DNA of 64,000 nt from Mobula birostris (taxonomy: Eukaryota). The notes under the pieces were generated by a model. It ran no database searches. It worked only from the letters and a program-made list of their open reading frames with translations, and was not told where the DNA came from. This document shows, in pieces, positions 30,001 to 45,000 of this stretch. A program made the position numbers and the translations under genes. The stretch covers positions 100,828,699-100,892,698 of the forward strand of contig NC_092382.1 of NCBI RefSeq assembly GCF_030028105.1. Direction: 5' to 3'. The stretch's first letter is position 1. Every line of letters starts with the position of its first letter.

Positions 30001-33000
30001 ACTCTATCTGTGTCCTCTGGTCCCAGACTCGCCCACTGCAGGAAACATCCTCTCCACATCCTATCTATCTGTGTCCTCTGGTCCTTGACTCCCCCACCAT
30101 AGTAAACATCCTCTCCACGTCCTCTCTAACTGTGTCCTTTGTTCCTAGATTCCCACTACAGTAAACATCCTCTCCACATCCACACCATCTGTGTCCTCTG
30201 GTCCTAGACTCCCCCACTACAGGAAACGTCGTCTCCACATCCCCTCTATCTGTGTCCTCTGGTCCTAGACTCCCCCACCACAGGAAACATCCCCTCTACA
30301 TCCAGTCTATCTGTGCCCTCTGGTCCTAGATTCCCCCACTACATGAACCATGCTCTCCACATCCACTCTATCTGTGTCCTCTGGTCCTCGACTCCCCCCA
30401 GTACAGGAAACATCCTCTCCGCATCCACTCTATCTGTGCACTCTGATACCTGAATCCCCCACTACAGAAAACATCCTCTCCACATCCAATCTATCTGCGT
30501 CCTCTGGTCCTAGACTCCGCCGACTACAGGAAACATCCCCTCTACATCCACTCTATCTGTGCCCTCTGGTCCTAGATTCCCCCACTACAGGAACCATCCT
30601 CTGCACATCCACTCTATCTGTGTCCGCTGGTCCTCGGCTCCCCCACTACAGGAAACATCGCCTCTCATCCACTCTATCTGTGCCCTCTGATACAGAATCC
30701 CCCACTACAGGAAACATCCTCTCCGCATCTTCCCTACCTGTGTCCTCTGGTCCGAGACTCCCCCAGTACAGGAAACATCCACTCCAAATCCACTCTACCT
30801 GTATCCTCTGGTCTTAGACTCCCCCCACTACAGGAAACATCCTCTCCGCATCCACTCTACCTATGTGCTCTGGTCCGAGACTCCCCCACTTCAGGAAACA
30901 TCCTCTCCGCATCCACTCTATCTGTGTCCTCTGGTCCTAGACTCCCCCACTACAGGAAACATCCTCTCCACATCCACTCTATCTGAGTTTTCTGGTCCTA
31001 AACTCCCCCCAACTATAGGAAACATCCTCTCCACATCTACTCTATCTGTGTCCTCTGGTCCCAGACTCCCCCCCACTATAGGAAACATCCTCTCCACATC
31101 CAATCTATCTGTGTCCTCTGGTCCTAGACTTCCCCGACTACAGGAAACATCCTCCCCACATCCACTCTATCTGTGTCCTCTGGACCTAGACTCCCCCACT
31201 ACAGGAAACATCCCCTCCACATCCACTCTATCTGTGTCCTCTGGTCCCAGACTCCCCTACTGCAGGAAACATCCTCTCCACATCCAATCTATCTGTGTCC
31301 TCAGGTCCTAGACTCCGTCGACTACAGGAAACATCCCCTCTAGATCCTCTCTATCTGTGCCCTCTGGTCCTAGATTCCCCCACTACATGAACCATGCTCT
31401 CCACATCCACTCTATCTGTGTTCTCTGGACCTAGACTCCCCCACTACTGGAAACATCGTCTCCACATCCCCTCTATCTGTGTCCTCTGGTCCTAGACTCC
31501 CCACTACAGGAAACATCCTCTCCGAATCCACTCTATCTGTGCCCTCTGATACCAGAATCCCCCACTACAGGTAACATCCTCTCCACAACCAATCTATCTG
31601 CGTCCTCTGGTCCTAGATTCCCCCACTACAGGAACCATTCTCTGCACATTCACTCTATCTGTGTCCGCTGGTCCTAGACTCCCCCACTACAGGAAACATC
31701 CCCTCTCATCCACTCTATCTGTGCCCTCTGATACAGAATCTCCCACTACTGGAAACATCCTCTCCGCATCCTCTCTATCTGTGTCCTCTGGTCCGAGACT
31801 CCTCCAGTACAGGAAACATCCTCTCCAAATCCACTCTACCTGTGTCCTCTGGTCTTAGACTCCCCCCACTACAGTAAACATCCTCTCCGCATCCACACTA
31901 TCTGTGCCCTCTGATACCAGACTCCCGCAATACAGGAAACATCCTCTCGGCATCCACTCTACCTTTGTCCTCTGGTCCGAGACTCCCCCACTACAGGAAA
32001 CATCCTCTCCGCATCCACTCTATCTGTGTCCTCTGGTCCGAGACTCCCCCACTACAGGAAGCATCCTCTCCACATCTACTCTATCTGAGTTTTCTGCTCC
32101 TAAACTCCCCCCAACTATAGGAAACATCCTCTCCACATCCACTCTATCTGTGTCCTCTGGTCCTAGACTCCCCCCCTCTATAGGAAACATCCTCTCCACA
32201 TCCACGCTATCTGTGTCCTCTGGTCCTAGACTCCCCCACAATAGGAAACATCCTCTCCACATCCACTCTATCTGTGCCCTCTGGTCCTAGACTCCCCTCC
32301 ACTACAGGAAGCAACCTCTCCACATCCACTCTATCTGTGTCCTCTTGTCCTAGACTCCCGCACTACAGGAAACATCGTCTCCACATCCAATCTATCTGTG
32401 TCCTCTGGTCCTAGACTGCCCCGACTACAGGAAACATCCTCCCCACATCCACTCTATCTGTGTCCTCTGGACCTCGACTCCCCCACTACAGGAAACATCC
32501 CCTCCACATCCACTCTATCTGTGTCCATGGTCCCAGACTCCCCCACTGCAGGAAACATCCTCTCCACATCCAATCTATCTGTGTCCTCTGGTCCTAGACT
32601 CCCCCACCATAGTAAACATCCTCTCCACGTCCTCTCTAACTGTGTCCTTTGGTCCTAGATTCCCCACTACAGTAAACATCCTCTCCACATCCACACCATC
32701 TGTGTCCTCTGGTCCTAGACTCCCCCACTACAGGAAACGTCGTCTCCACATCCACTCTATCTGTGTCCTCTGGTCCTAGACTCCCCCACTACAGGAAACA
32801 TCGTCTCCACATCCTCTCTATCTGTGTACTCTGGTCCTAGACTCCCCCACCACAGGAAACATCCCCTCTACATCCAGTCTATCTGTGCCCTCTGGTCCTA
32901 GATTCCCCCACTATATGAACCATGCTCTCCACATCCACTCTATCTGTGTGCTCTGGTCCTCGACTCCCCCCAGTACAGGAAACATCCTCTCCGCATCCAC

Positions 33001-36000
33001 TCTACCTGTGCACTCTGATACCTGAATCCCCCACTACAGAAAACATCCTCTCCACATCCAATCTATCTGCGTCCTCTGGTCCTAGACTCCGCCGACTACA
33101 GGAAACATCCCCTCTACATCCACTCTATCTGTGTCCTCTGGTCCTAGATTCCCCCACTACAGGAACCATCCTCTGCACATCCACTCTATCTGTGTCCGCT
33201 GGTCCTAGGCTCCCCCACTACAGGAAACATCCTCTCTCATCCACTCTATCTGTGCCCTCTGATACAGAATCCCCCACTACAGGAAACATCCTCTCCGCAT
33301 CTTCCCTATCTGTGTCCTCTGGTCCGAGACTCCCCCAGTACAGGAAACATCCACTCCAAATCCACTCTACATGTGTCCTCTGGTCTTAGACTCCCCCCAC
33401 TACAGGAAACATCCTCTCCGCATCCACTCTATCTGTGCCCTCTGATACCAGACTCCCGCACTACAGGAAACATCCTCTCGGCATCCACTCTACCTATGTG
33501 CTCTGGTCAGAGACTCCCCCACTACAGGAAACATCCTCCCCGCATCCACTCTATCTGTGTCCTCTGGTCCTAGACTCCCCCACTACAGGAAACATCCTCT
33601 CCACATCCACTCTATCTGAGTTTTCTGGTCCTAAACTCCCCCCAACTATAGGAAACATCCTCTCCACATCCACTCTATCTGTGTCCTCTGGTCCTAGACT
33701 CCCCCCCACTATAGGAAACATCCTCTCCACATCCACTCTATCTGTGTCCTCTGGTCCTAGACTCCCCCACAATAGGAAACATCCTCTCCACATCCACTGT
33801 ATCTGCGCCCTCTGGGCCTAGACTCCCCTCCACTACAGGAAACAACCTCTCCACATCCACTCTATCTGTGTCCTCTTGTCCTAGACACCCGCACTACAGG
33901 AAACATCGTCTCCACATCCAGTCTATCTGTATCCTCTGGTCCTAGACTCCCCCACCATAGGAAACATCCTCTCCACGTCCTCTCTAACTGTGTCCTTTGG
34001 TCCTAAACTCCCCACTACAGTAAACATCCTCTCCACATCCACTCTATCTGTGTCCTGTAGTCCAAGATTCCACCACTATAGGAACCATCCTCTCCAAATC
34101 CATACTAACTGTGTCCTCTGGTCCCAGCCTCCCCCACCATAGGAAACATCCTCTCCACATCTACTCTATCTGTGTCCTCTGGTCCCAGACTCCCCCACTA
34201 CAAGAAACATCCTCTCCACATCCAATCTATCTGTGTCCTCTGGTCCTAGACTTCCCCGACTACAGGAAACATCCTCCCCACATCCACTCTATCTGTGTCC
34301 TCTGGACCTAGACTCCCCCACTACAGGAAACATCCCCTCCACATCCACACTATCTGTGTCCTCTGGTCCCAGACTCCCCCACTGCAGGAAACATCCTCTC
34401 CACTTCCAATCTATCTGTGTCCTCTGGTCCTGAACTCCGCCGACTGCAGGAAACATCCTCTCCACATCCACTCTATCTGAGTCTTCTGGTGCTAAACTCC
34501 CCCCAACTATAGGAAACATCCTCTCCACATCCACTCTATCTGCGTGCTCTGGTCCTAGACTCCCCCCCACTATAGGAAACATCCTCTCCACATCCGCTCT
34601 ATCTGTGTCCTCTGGTCCTAGACTCCCCCACAATAGGAAACATCCTCTCCACATCCACTCTATCTGTGCCCTCTGGCTCTAGACTCCCCTCCACTACAGG
34701 GAACAACCTCTCCGCATCCACTCTATCTGTGTCCTCTGGTCCTAGACTCCCCCACAATAGGAAACATCCTCTCCACATCCACTCTATCTGTGCCCTCTGG
34801 TCCTAGACTCCCCTCCACTACAGGAAACATCCTCTCCACATCTACTCTATCTGTGTCCTCTGGTCCCAGACTCCCCCACTACAAGAAACATCATCTCCAC
34901 ATTCAATCTATCTGCGTCCTCTGATCCTAGACTTCCCCGACTACAGGAAACATCCTCCCCACATCCACTCTATCTGTGTCCTCTGGTCTTAGACTCCCCC
35001 CACTACAGTAAACATTCTCTCCACATCCACTCTAACTGTGCCCTCTGATACCAGACTCCCGCACTACAGGAAACATCCTCTCGGCATCCACTCTACCTTT
35101 GTCGTCTGGTGCGAGACTCCCCCACTACAGGAAACATCCTCTCCACATCCACTCTATCTGAGTTTTCTGGTCCTAAACTCTCCCCAACTATAGGAAACAT
35201 CCTCTCCACATCCACTCTATCTGTGTTCTCTGGTCCTAGACTCCCGCACTACAGTAAACATCCTCTCCACATCCACTCCATCTGTGTCCTGTAGTCCTAG
35301 ATTCCACCACTATAGGAACCATCCTCTCCAAATCCATACTAACTGTGTCCTCTGGACCTAGCCTTCCCCACCATAGGAAACATCCTCTCCACATCTACTC
35401 TATCTGTGTCCTCTGGTCCCAGACTCCCCCACTACAAGAAACATCCTCTCCACATCCAATCTATCTGTGTCCTCTGGTCCTAGACTTCCCCGACTACAGG
35501 AAACATCCTCTCCACAACCAATCTATCTGTGTCCTCTGGTCCTAGACTCCGCCGACTACCGGAAACATTCTCTCCACATCCACTCTATCTGTGTCCTCTG
35601 GTCCTAGACTCCCCCACCATAGGAGACATCCTCTCCACGTCCTCTCTAACTGTGTCCTTTGGTCCTAGATTCCCCACTACAGTAAACATCCTCTCCACAT
35701 CTACTCTATCTGTGTCCTCTGGTCCCAGACTCCCCCACTACAAGAAACATCCTCTCCACATCCAATCTATCTGTGTCCTCTGGTCCTAGACTTCCCCGAC
35801 TACAGGAAACATCCTCCCCACATCCACTCTATCTGTGTCCTCTGGACCTAGACTCCCCCACTACAGGAAACATCCCCTCCACATCCACACTATCTGTGTC
35901 CTCTGGTCCCAGACTCCCCCACTGCAGGAAACATCCTCTCCACTTCCAATCTATCTGTGTCCTCTGGTCCTGAACTCCGCCGACTGCAGGAAACATCCTC

Positions 36001-39000
36001 TCCACATCCACTCTATCTGAGTCTTCTGGTGCTAAACTCCCCCCAACTATAGGAAACATCCTCTCCACATCCACTCTATCTGCGTGCTCTGGTCCTAGAC
36101 TCCCCTCCACTACAGGGAACAACCTCTCCGCATCCACTCTATCTGTGTCCTCTGGTCCTAGACTCCCCCACAATAGGAAACATCCTCTCCACATCCACTC
36201 TATCTGTGCCCTCTGGTCCTAGACTCCCCTCCACTACAGGAAACATCCTCTCCACATCTACTCTATCTGTGTCCTCTGGTCCCAGACTCCCCCACTACAA
36301 GAAACATCATCTCCACATTCAATCTATCTGCGTCCTCTGATCCTAGACTTCCCCGACTACAGGAAACATCCTCCCCACATCCACTCTATCTGTGTCCTCT
36401 GGTCTTAGACTCCCCCCACTACAGTAAACATTCTCTCCACATCCACTCTAACTGTGCCCTCTGATACCAGACTCCCGCACTACAGGAAACATCCTCTCGG
36501 CATCCACTCTACCTTTGTCGTCTGGTGCGAGACTCCCCCACTACAGGAAACATCCTCTCCACATCCACTCTATCTGAGTTTTCTGGTCCTAAACTCTCCC
36601 CAACTATAGGAAACATCCTCTCCACATCCACTCTATCTGTGTTCTCTGGTCCTAGACTCCCGCACTACAGTAAACATCCTCTCCACATCCACTCCATCTG
36701 TGTCCTGTAGGCCTAGATTCCACCACTATAGGAACCATCCTCTCCAAATCCATACTAACTGTGTCCTCTGGACCTAGCCTTCCCCACCATAGGAAACATC
36801 CTCTCCACATCTACTCTATCTGTGTCCTCTGGTCCCAGACTCCCCCACTACAAGAAACATCCTCTCCACATCCAATCTATCTGTGTCCTCTGGTCCTAGA
36901 CTTCCCCGACTACAGGAAACATCCTCTCCACAACCAATCTATCTGTGTCCTCTGGTCCTAGACTCCGCCGACTACCGGAAACATTCTCTCCACATCCACT
37001 CTATCTGTGTCCTCTGGTCCTAGACTCCCCCACCATAGGAAACATCCTCTCCACGTCCTCTCTAACTGTGTCCTTTGGTCCTAGATTCCCCACTACAGTA
37101 AACATCCTCTCCACATCCACACCATCTGGGTCTTCTGGTCCGAGACTCCCCCACTACAGGAAACGTCGTCTCAACATCCACTCTATCTGTGTCCTCTGGT
37201 CCTAGACTCCCCACTACAGGAAACATCCTCTCCGCATCCACTCTATCTGTGCCTCTGATACCAGAATCCCCCACTACAGGATACATCCTCTCCACATCCA
37301 ATCTATCTGCGTCCTCTGGTCCTAGATTCCCCCTCTACAGGAACCATTCTCTGCACATCCACTCTATCTGTGTCCGCTGGTCCGAGACTCCCCCACTACA
37401 GGAAACATCCTCTCCACATCCACTCTATCTGAGTTTTCTGGTCCTAAACTCCCCCCAACTATAGGAAACATCCTCTCCACATCCACTCTATCTGTGTCCT
37501 CTGGTCCTAGACTCCCCCCCACTATAGGAAACATCCTCTCCACATCCACTCTATCTGTGTCCTCTGGTCCTAGACTCCCCCACAATAGGAAACATCCTCT
37601 CCACATCCACTCTATCTGTGTCCTCTTGTCCCAGATTCCCCCACTACAGTAAACATCCTCTCCACATCCACTCCATCTGTGTCCTGTAGTCCTAGATTCC
37701 ACCACTATAGGAACCATCCTCTCTAAATCCATACTAACTGTGTCCTCTGGACCTAGCCTCCCCCACCATAGGAAACATCCTCTCCACATCTACTCTATCT
37801 ATGTCCTCTGGTCCCAGATTCCCCCACTACAAGAAACATCCTCTCCACATCCAATCTATCTGTGTCCTCTGGTCCTAGACTTCCCCGACTACAGGAAACA
37901 TCCTCCCCACATCCACTCTATCTGTGTCCTCTGGACCTAGACTCCCCCACTACAGGAAACATCCTCTCCACATCCAATCTATCTGTGTCCTCTGGTCCTA
38001 GACTCCCCACTACAGGAAACGTCGTCTCCACATCCACTCTATCTGTGTCCTCTGGTCCTAGACTCCTCCACTACTGGAAACATAGTCTCCACATCCCCTG
38101 TATCTGTGTCCTCTGGTCCTAGACTCCCCCACCACAGGAAACATCCCCTCTACATCCACTCTATCGGTGCCCTCTGGTCCTAGATTCCCCCACTACATGA
38201 ACCATGCTCTCCACATCCACTCTATCTGTGTCCTCTGGTCCTAGACTCCGCCCAGTACAGGAAACATCCTCTCCGCATCCAATCTATCTGTGTCCTCTGG
38301 TCCTAGACTCCGCCGACTACAGGAAACATCCTCTCCACATCCACTCAATCTGTGTCCTCTGTTCCTAGACTCCCCCACCATAGGAAACATCCTCTCCACG
38401 TCCTCTCTAACTGTGTCCTTTGGTCCTAGATTCCCCACTACAGTAAACATCCTCTCCACATCCACACCATTTGTGTCTTCTGGTCCTAGACTTCCCCACT
38501 ACAGGAAACGTCGTCTCCACATCCACTCTATCTGTGTCCTCTGGTCCTAGACTCCCCACTACAGGAAAGATCCTCTCCGCATCCACTCTATCTGTGCCCT
38601 CTGATACCAGAATCCCCCACTACAGGATACATCCTCTCCACATCCAATCTATCTGCGTCCTCTGGTCCTAGATTCCCCCTCTACAGGAACCATTCTCTGC
38701 ACAACCACTCTATCTGTGTCCGCTGGTCCGAGACTCCCCCACTACAGGAAACATCCTCTCCACATCCACTCTATCTGAGTTTTCTGGTCCTAAACTCCCC
38801 CCAACTATAGGAAACATCCTCTCCACATCCACTCTATCTGTGTCCTCTGGTCCTAGACTCCCCCCCACTATAGGAAACATCCTTTCCACATCCACTCTAT
38901 CTGTGTCCTCTAGTCCTAGACTTCCCCATAATAGGAAACATCCTCTCCACATCCACTCTATCTGTGCCCTCTGGTCCAAGACTCCCCTCCACTACAGGAA

Positions 39001-42000
39001 ACAAACTCTCCACATCCACTCTATCTGTGTCCTCTTGTCCTAGACTCCCGCACTACAGTAAACATCCTCTCCACATCCACTCCATCTGTGTCCTGTAGTC
39101 CTAGATTCCACCGCTATAGGAACCATCCTCTCCAAATCAATACTAACGGTGTCCTCTGGACCTAGCCTTCCCCACCATAGGAAACAACCTCTCCACATCT
39201 ACTCTATCTGTGTCCTCTGGTCCCAGACTCCCCCACTACAAGAAACATCCTCTCCACATCCAATCTATCTGTGTCCTCTGGTCCTAGACTTCCCCGACTA
39301 CAGGAAACATCCTCCCCACATCCACTCTATCTGTGTCCTCTGGACCTAGACTCCTCCACTACAGGAAACATCCCCTCCACATCCACTCTATCTGTGTCCT
39401 CTGGTCCCAGACTCCCGCACTACAGGAAACATCCTCTCCACAACCAATCTATCTGTGTCCTCTGGTCCTAGACTCCGCCGACTACAGGAAACATCCTCTC
39501 CACATCCACTCTATCTGTGTCCTCTGGTCCTAGACTCCCCCACCATAGGAAACATCCTCTCCACGTCCTCTCTAACTGTGTCCTTTGGTCCTAGATTCCC
39601 CACTACAGTAAACATCCTCTCCACATCCACACCATCTGTGTCTTCTTGTCCTAGACTCCCCCACTACAGGAAACGTCGTCTCCGCATCCACTCTATCTGT
39701 GTCCTCTGGTCCTAGACTCCCCACTACAGGTAACATCCTCTCCGCATCCACTCTATCTGTGCCCTCTGATACCAGAATCCCCCACTGCAGGAAGCATCCT
39801 CTCCACATCCAATTTATCTGCGTCATCTGGTCCTAGATTCCCCCACTACGGGAAATATCCTCTCCAAATCCACTCTACCTGTGTCCTCTGGACTTAGACT
39901 CCCCCCACTACAGTAAACATCCTCTCCGCATCCACTCTATCCGTGCGCTCTGATACCAGAATCCCCCACTACAGGAAATATCCTCTCCACATCCAATCTA
40001 TCTGCGTCCTCTGGTCCTAGATTCCACCACTACAGAAATATCCTCTCGAAATCCACTCTCCCTGTGTCCTCTGGTCTTCGACTCCCCCCACTACAGTAAA
40101 CATCCTCTCCGCATCCACTCTATCTGTGTCCTCTGATACCAGACTCCCGCACTACAGGAAACATCCTCTCGGCTTCTACTCTACCTTTGTCCTCTGGTCC
40201 GAGACTCCTCCACTACAGGAAACATCCTCTCCGCATCCACTCTATCTGTGTCCTCTGGTCCGAGTCTCCCCCACTACAGGAAACATCCTCTCCACATCCA
40301 CTCTATCTGAGTTTTCTGGTCCTAAACTCCCCCCAACTATAGGAAGCATCCTCTCCACATCCACTCTATCTGTGTCCTCTGGTCCTAGACTCCCCCCCAC
40401 TATAGGAAACATCCTCTCCACATCCACTCTATCTGTGTCCTCTGGTCCTAGACTCCCGCACAACAGGAAACATCCTCTCCACATCCACTCTATCTGTGTC
40501 CTCTGGTCCTAGACTCCCCTCCACTACAGGAAGCAACCTCTCCACATCCACTCTATCTGTGTCCTCTTGTCCTAGATTCCCGCACTACAGTAAACATCCT
40601 CTCCACATCCACTCCATCTGTGTCCTGTAGTCCTAGATTCCACCACTATAGGAACCATCCTCTCCAAATCCATACTAACTGTGTCCTCTGGACCTAGCCT
40701 CCCCCACCATAGGAAACATCCTCTCCACATCTACTCTATCTGTGTCCTCTGGTCCCAGACTCCCCCACTACAAGAAACATCCTCTCCACATCCAATCTAT
40801 CTGTGTCCTCTGGTCCTAGACTTCCCCGACTACAGGAAACATCCTCCCCACATCCACTCTATCTGTGTCCTCTGGACCTAGACTCCCCCACTACAGGAAA
40901 CATCCCCTCCACATCCACTCTATCTGTGTCCTCTGGTCCCAGACTCCCCTACTGCAGGAAACATCCTCTCCACATCCAATCTATCTGTGTCCTCAGGTCC
41001 TAGACTCCGTCGACTACAGGAAACATCCTCTCCACATCCACTCTATCTGTGTCCTCTGGTCCTAGACTCCCCCACCATAGTAAACATCCTCTCCACGTCC
41101 TCTCTAACTGTGTCCTTTGGCCCTAGATTCCCCACTACAGTAAACATCCTCTCCACATCCACACCATCTGTGTCCTCTGGTCCTAGACTCCCCCACTACA
41201 GGAAACGTCGTCTCCACATCCACTCTATCTGTGTCCTCTGGTCCTAGACAACCCCACTACTGGAAACATCGCCTCCACATCCCCGCTATCTGTGTCCTCT
41301 GGTCCTAGACTCCCCCACCACAGGAAACATCCCCTCTAGATCCACTCTATCTGTGCCCTCTGGTCCTAGATTCCCCCACTACATGAACCATGCTCTCCAC
41401 ATCCACTCTATCTGTGTTCTCTGGTCCTAGACTCCCCCACTACTGGAAACATCGTCTCTACATCCCCTCTATCTGTGTCCTCTGGTCCTAGACTCCCCAC
41501 TACAGGAAACATCCTCTCCGAATCCACTCTATCTGTGCCCTCTGATACCAGAATCTCCCACTACAGGTAACATCCTCTCCACAACCAATCTATCTGCGTC
41601 CTCTGGTCCTAGATTCCCCCACTACAGGAACCATTCTCTGCACATTCACTCTATCTGTGTCCGCTGGTCCTAGACTCCCCCACTACAGGAAACATCCCCT
41701 CTCATCCACTCTATCTGTGCCCTCTGATACAGAATCTCCCACTACAGGAAACATCCTCTCCGCATCCTCTCTATCTGTGTCCTCTGGTCCGAGACTCCTC
41801 CAGTACAGGAAACATCCTCTCCAAATCCACTCTACCTGTGTCCTCTGGTCTTAGACTCCCCCCACTACAGTAAACATCCTCTCCGCATCCACTCTATCTG
41901 TGCCCTCTGATACCAGACTCCCGCACTACAGGAAACATCCTCTCGGCATCCACTCTACCTTTGTCCTCTGGTCCGAGACTCCCCCACTACAGGAAACATC

Positions 42001-45000
42001 CTCTCCGCATCCACTCTATCTGTGTCCTCTGGTCCGAGACTCCCCCACTACCGGAAACATCCTCTCCACATCCACTCTATCTGAGTTTTCTGGTCCTAAA
42101 CTCCCCCCAACTATAGGAAACATCCTCTCCACATCCACTCTATCTGTGTCCTCTGGTCCTAGACTCCCCCCCACTATAGGAAACATCCTCTCCACATCCA
42201 CTCTATCTGTGTCCTCTGGTCCTAGACTCCCCCACAATAGGAAACATCCTCTCCACATCCAGTCTATCTGTGCCCTCTGGTCTTAGACTCCCCTCCACTA
42301 CAGGAAGCAACCTCTCCACATCCACTCTATCTGTGTCCTCTTGTCCTAGACTCCCGCACTACAGTAAACATCCTCTCCACATCCACTCCATCTGTGTCCT
42401 ATAGTCCTAGATTCCACCAGTATAGGAACCATCCTCTCCAAATCCATACTAATTGTGTCCTCTGGACCTAGCCTCCCCCACCATAGGAAACATCCTCTCC
42501 ACATCTACTCTATCTGTGTCCTCTGGTCCCAGACTCCCCCACTACAAGAAACATCCTCTCCACATCCAATCTATCTGTGTCCTCTGGTCCTAGACTTCCC
42601 CGACTACAGGAAACATCCTCCCCACATCCACTCTATCTGTGTCCTCTGGACCTCGACTCCCCCACTACAGGAAACATCCCCTCCACATCCACTCTATCTG
42701 TGTCCTCTGGTCCCAGACTCGCCCACTGCAGGAAACATCCTCTCCACATCCTATCTATCTGTGTCCTCTGGTCCTTGACTCCCCCACCATAGTAAACATC
42801 CTCTCCACGTCCTCTCTAACTGTGTCCTTTGTTCCTAGATTCCCACTACAGTAAACATCCTCTCCACATCCACACCATCTGTGTCCTCTGGTCCTAGACT
42901 CCCCCACTACAGGAAACGTCGTCTCCACATCCCCTCTATCTGTGTCCTCTGGTCCTAGACTCCCCCACCACAGGAAACATCCCCTCTACATCCAGTCTAT
43001 CTGTGCCCTCTGGTCCTAGATTCCCCCACTACATGAACCATGCTCTCCACATCCACTCTATCTGTGTCCTCTGGTCCTCGACTCCCCCCAGTACAGGAAA
43101 CATCCTCTCCGCATCCACTCTATCTGTGCACTCTGATACCTGAATCCCCCACTACAGAAAACATCCTCTCCACATCCAATCTATCTGCGTCCTCTGGTCC
43201 TAGACTCCGCCGACTACAGGAAACATCCCCTCTACATCCACTCTATCTGTGCCCTCTGGTCCTAGATTCCCCCACTACAGGAACCATCCTCTGCACATCC
43301 ACTCTATCTGTGTCCGCTGGTCCTCGGCTCCCCCACTACAGGAAACATCGCCTCTCATCCACTCTATCTGTGCCCTCTGATACAGAATCCCCCACTACAG
43401 GAAACATCCTCTCCGCATCTTCCCTACCTGTGTCCTCTGGTCCGAGACTCCCCCAGTACAGGAAACATCCACTCCAAATCCACTCTACCTGTATCCTCTG
43501 GTCTTAGACTCCCCCCACTACAGGAAACATCCTCTCCGCATCCACTCTACCTATGTGCTCTGGTCCGAGACTCCCCCACTTCAGGAAACATCCTCTCCGC
43601 ATCCACTCTATCTGTGTCCTCTGGTCCTAGACTCCCCCACTACAGGAAACATCCTCTCCACATCCACTCTATCTGAGTTTTCTGGTCCTAAACTCCCCCC
43701 AACTATAGGAAACATCCTCTCCACATCTACTCTATCTGTGTCCTCTGGTCCCAGACTCCCCCCCACTATAGGAAACATCCTCTCCACATCCAATCTATCT
43801 GTGTCCTCTGGTCCTAGACTTCCCCGACTACAGGAAACATCCTCCCCACATCCACTCTATCTGTGTCCTCTGGACCTAGACTCCCCCACTACAGGAAACA
43901 TCCCCTCCACATCCACTCTATCTGTGTCCTCTGGTCCCAGACTCCCCTACTGCAGGAAACATCCTCTCCACATCCAATCTATCTGTGTCCTCAGGTCCTA
44001 GACTCCGTCGACTACAGGAAACATCCTCTCCACATCCACTCTATCTGTGTCCTCTGGTCCTAGACTCCCCCACCATAGTAAACATCCTCTCCACGTCCTC
44101 TCTAACTGTGTCCTTTGGCCCTAGATTCCCCACTACAGTAAACATCCTCTCCACATCCACACCATCTGTGTCCTCTGGTCCTAGACTCCCCCACTACAGG
44201 AAACGTCGTCTCCACATCCACTCTATCTGTGTCCTCTGGTCCTAGACAACCCCACTACTGGAAACATCGCCTCCACATCCCCGCTATCTGTGTCCTCTGG
44301 TCCTAGACTCCCCCACCACAGGAAACATCCCCTCTAGATCCACTCTATCTGTGCCCTCTGGTCCTAGATTCCCCCACTACATGAACCATGCTCTCCACAT
44401 CCACTCTATCTGTGTTCTCTGGTCCTAGACTCCCCCACTACTGGAAACATCGTCTCTACATCCCCTCTATCTGTGTCCTCTGGTCCTAGACTCCCCACTA
44501 CAGGAAACATCCTCTCCGAATCCACTCTATCTGTGCCCTCTGATACCAGAATCTCCCACTACAGGTAACATCCTCTCCACAACCAATCTATCTGCGTCCT
44601 CTGGTCCTAGATTCCCCCACTACAGGAACCATTCTCTGCACATTCACTCTATCTGTGTCCGCTGGTCCTAGACTCCCCCACTACAGGAAACATCCCCTCT
44701 CATCCACTCTATCTGTGCCCTCTGATACAGAATCTCCCACTACAGGAAACATCCTCTCCGCATCCTCTCTATCTGTGTCCTCTGGTCCGAGACTCCTCCA
44801 GTACAGGAAACATCCTCTCCAAATCCACTCTACCTGTGTCCTCTGGTCTTAGACTCCCCCCACTACAGTAAACATCCTCTCCGCATCCACTCTATCTGTG
44901 CCCTCTGATACCAGACTCCCGCACTACAGGAAACATCCTCTCGGCATCCACTCTACCTTTGTCCTCTGGTCCGAGACTCCCCCACTACAGGAAACATCCT

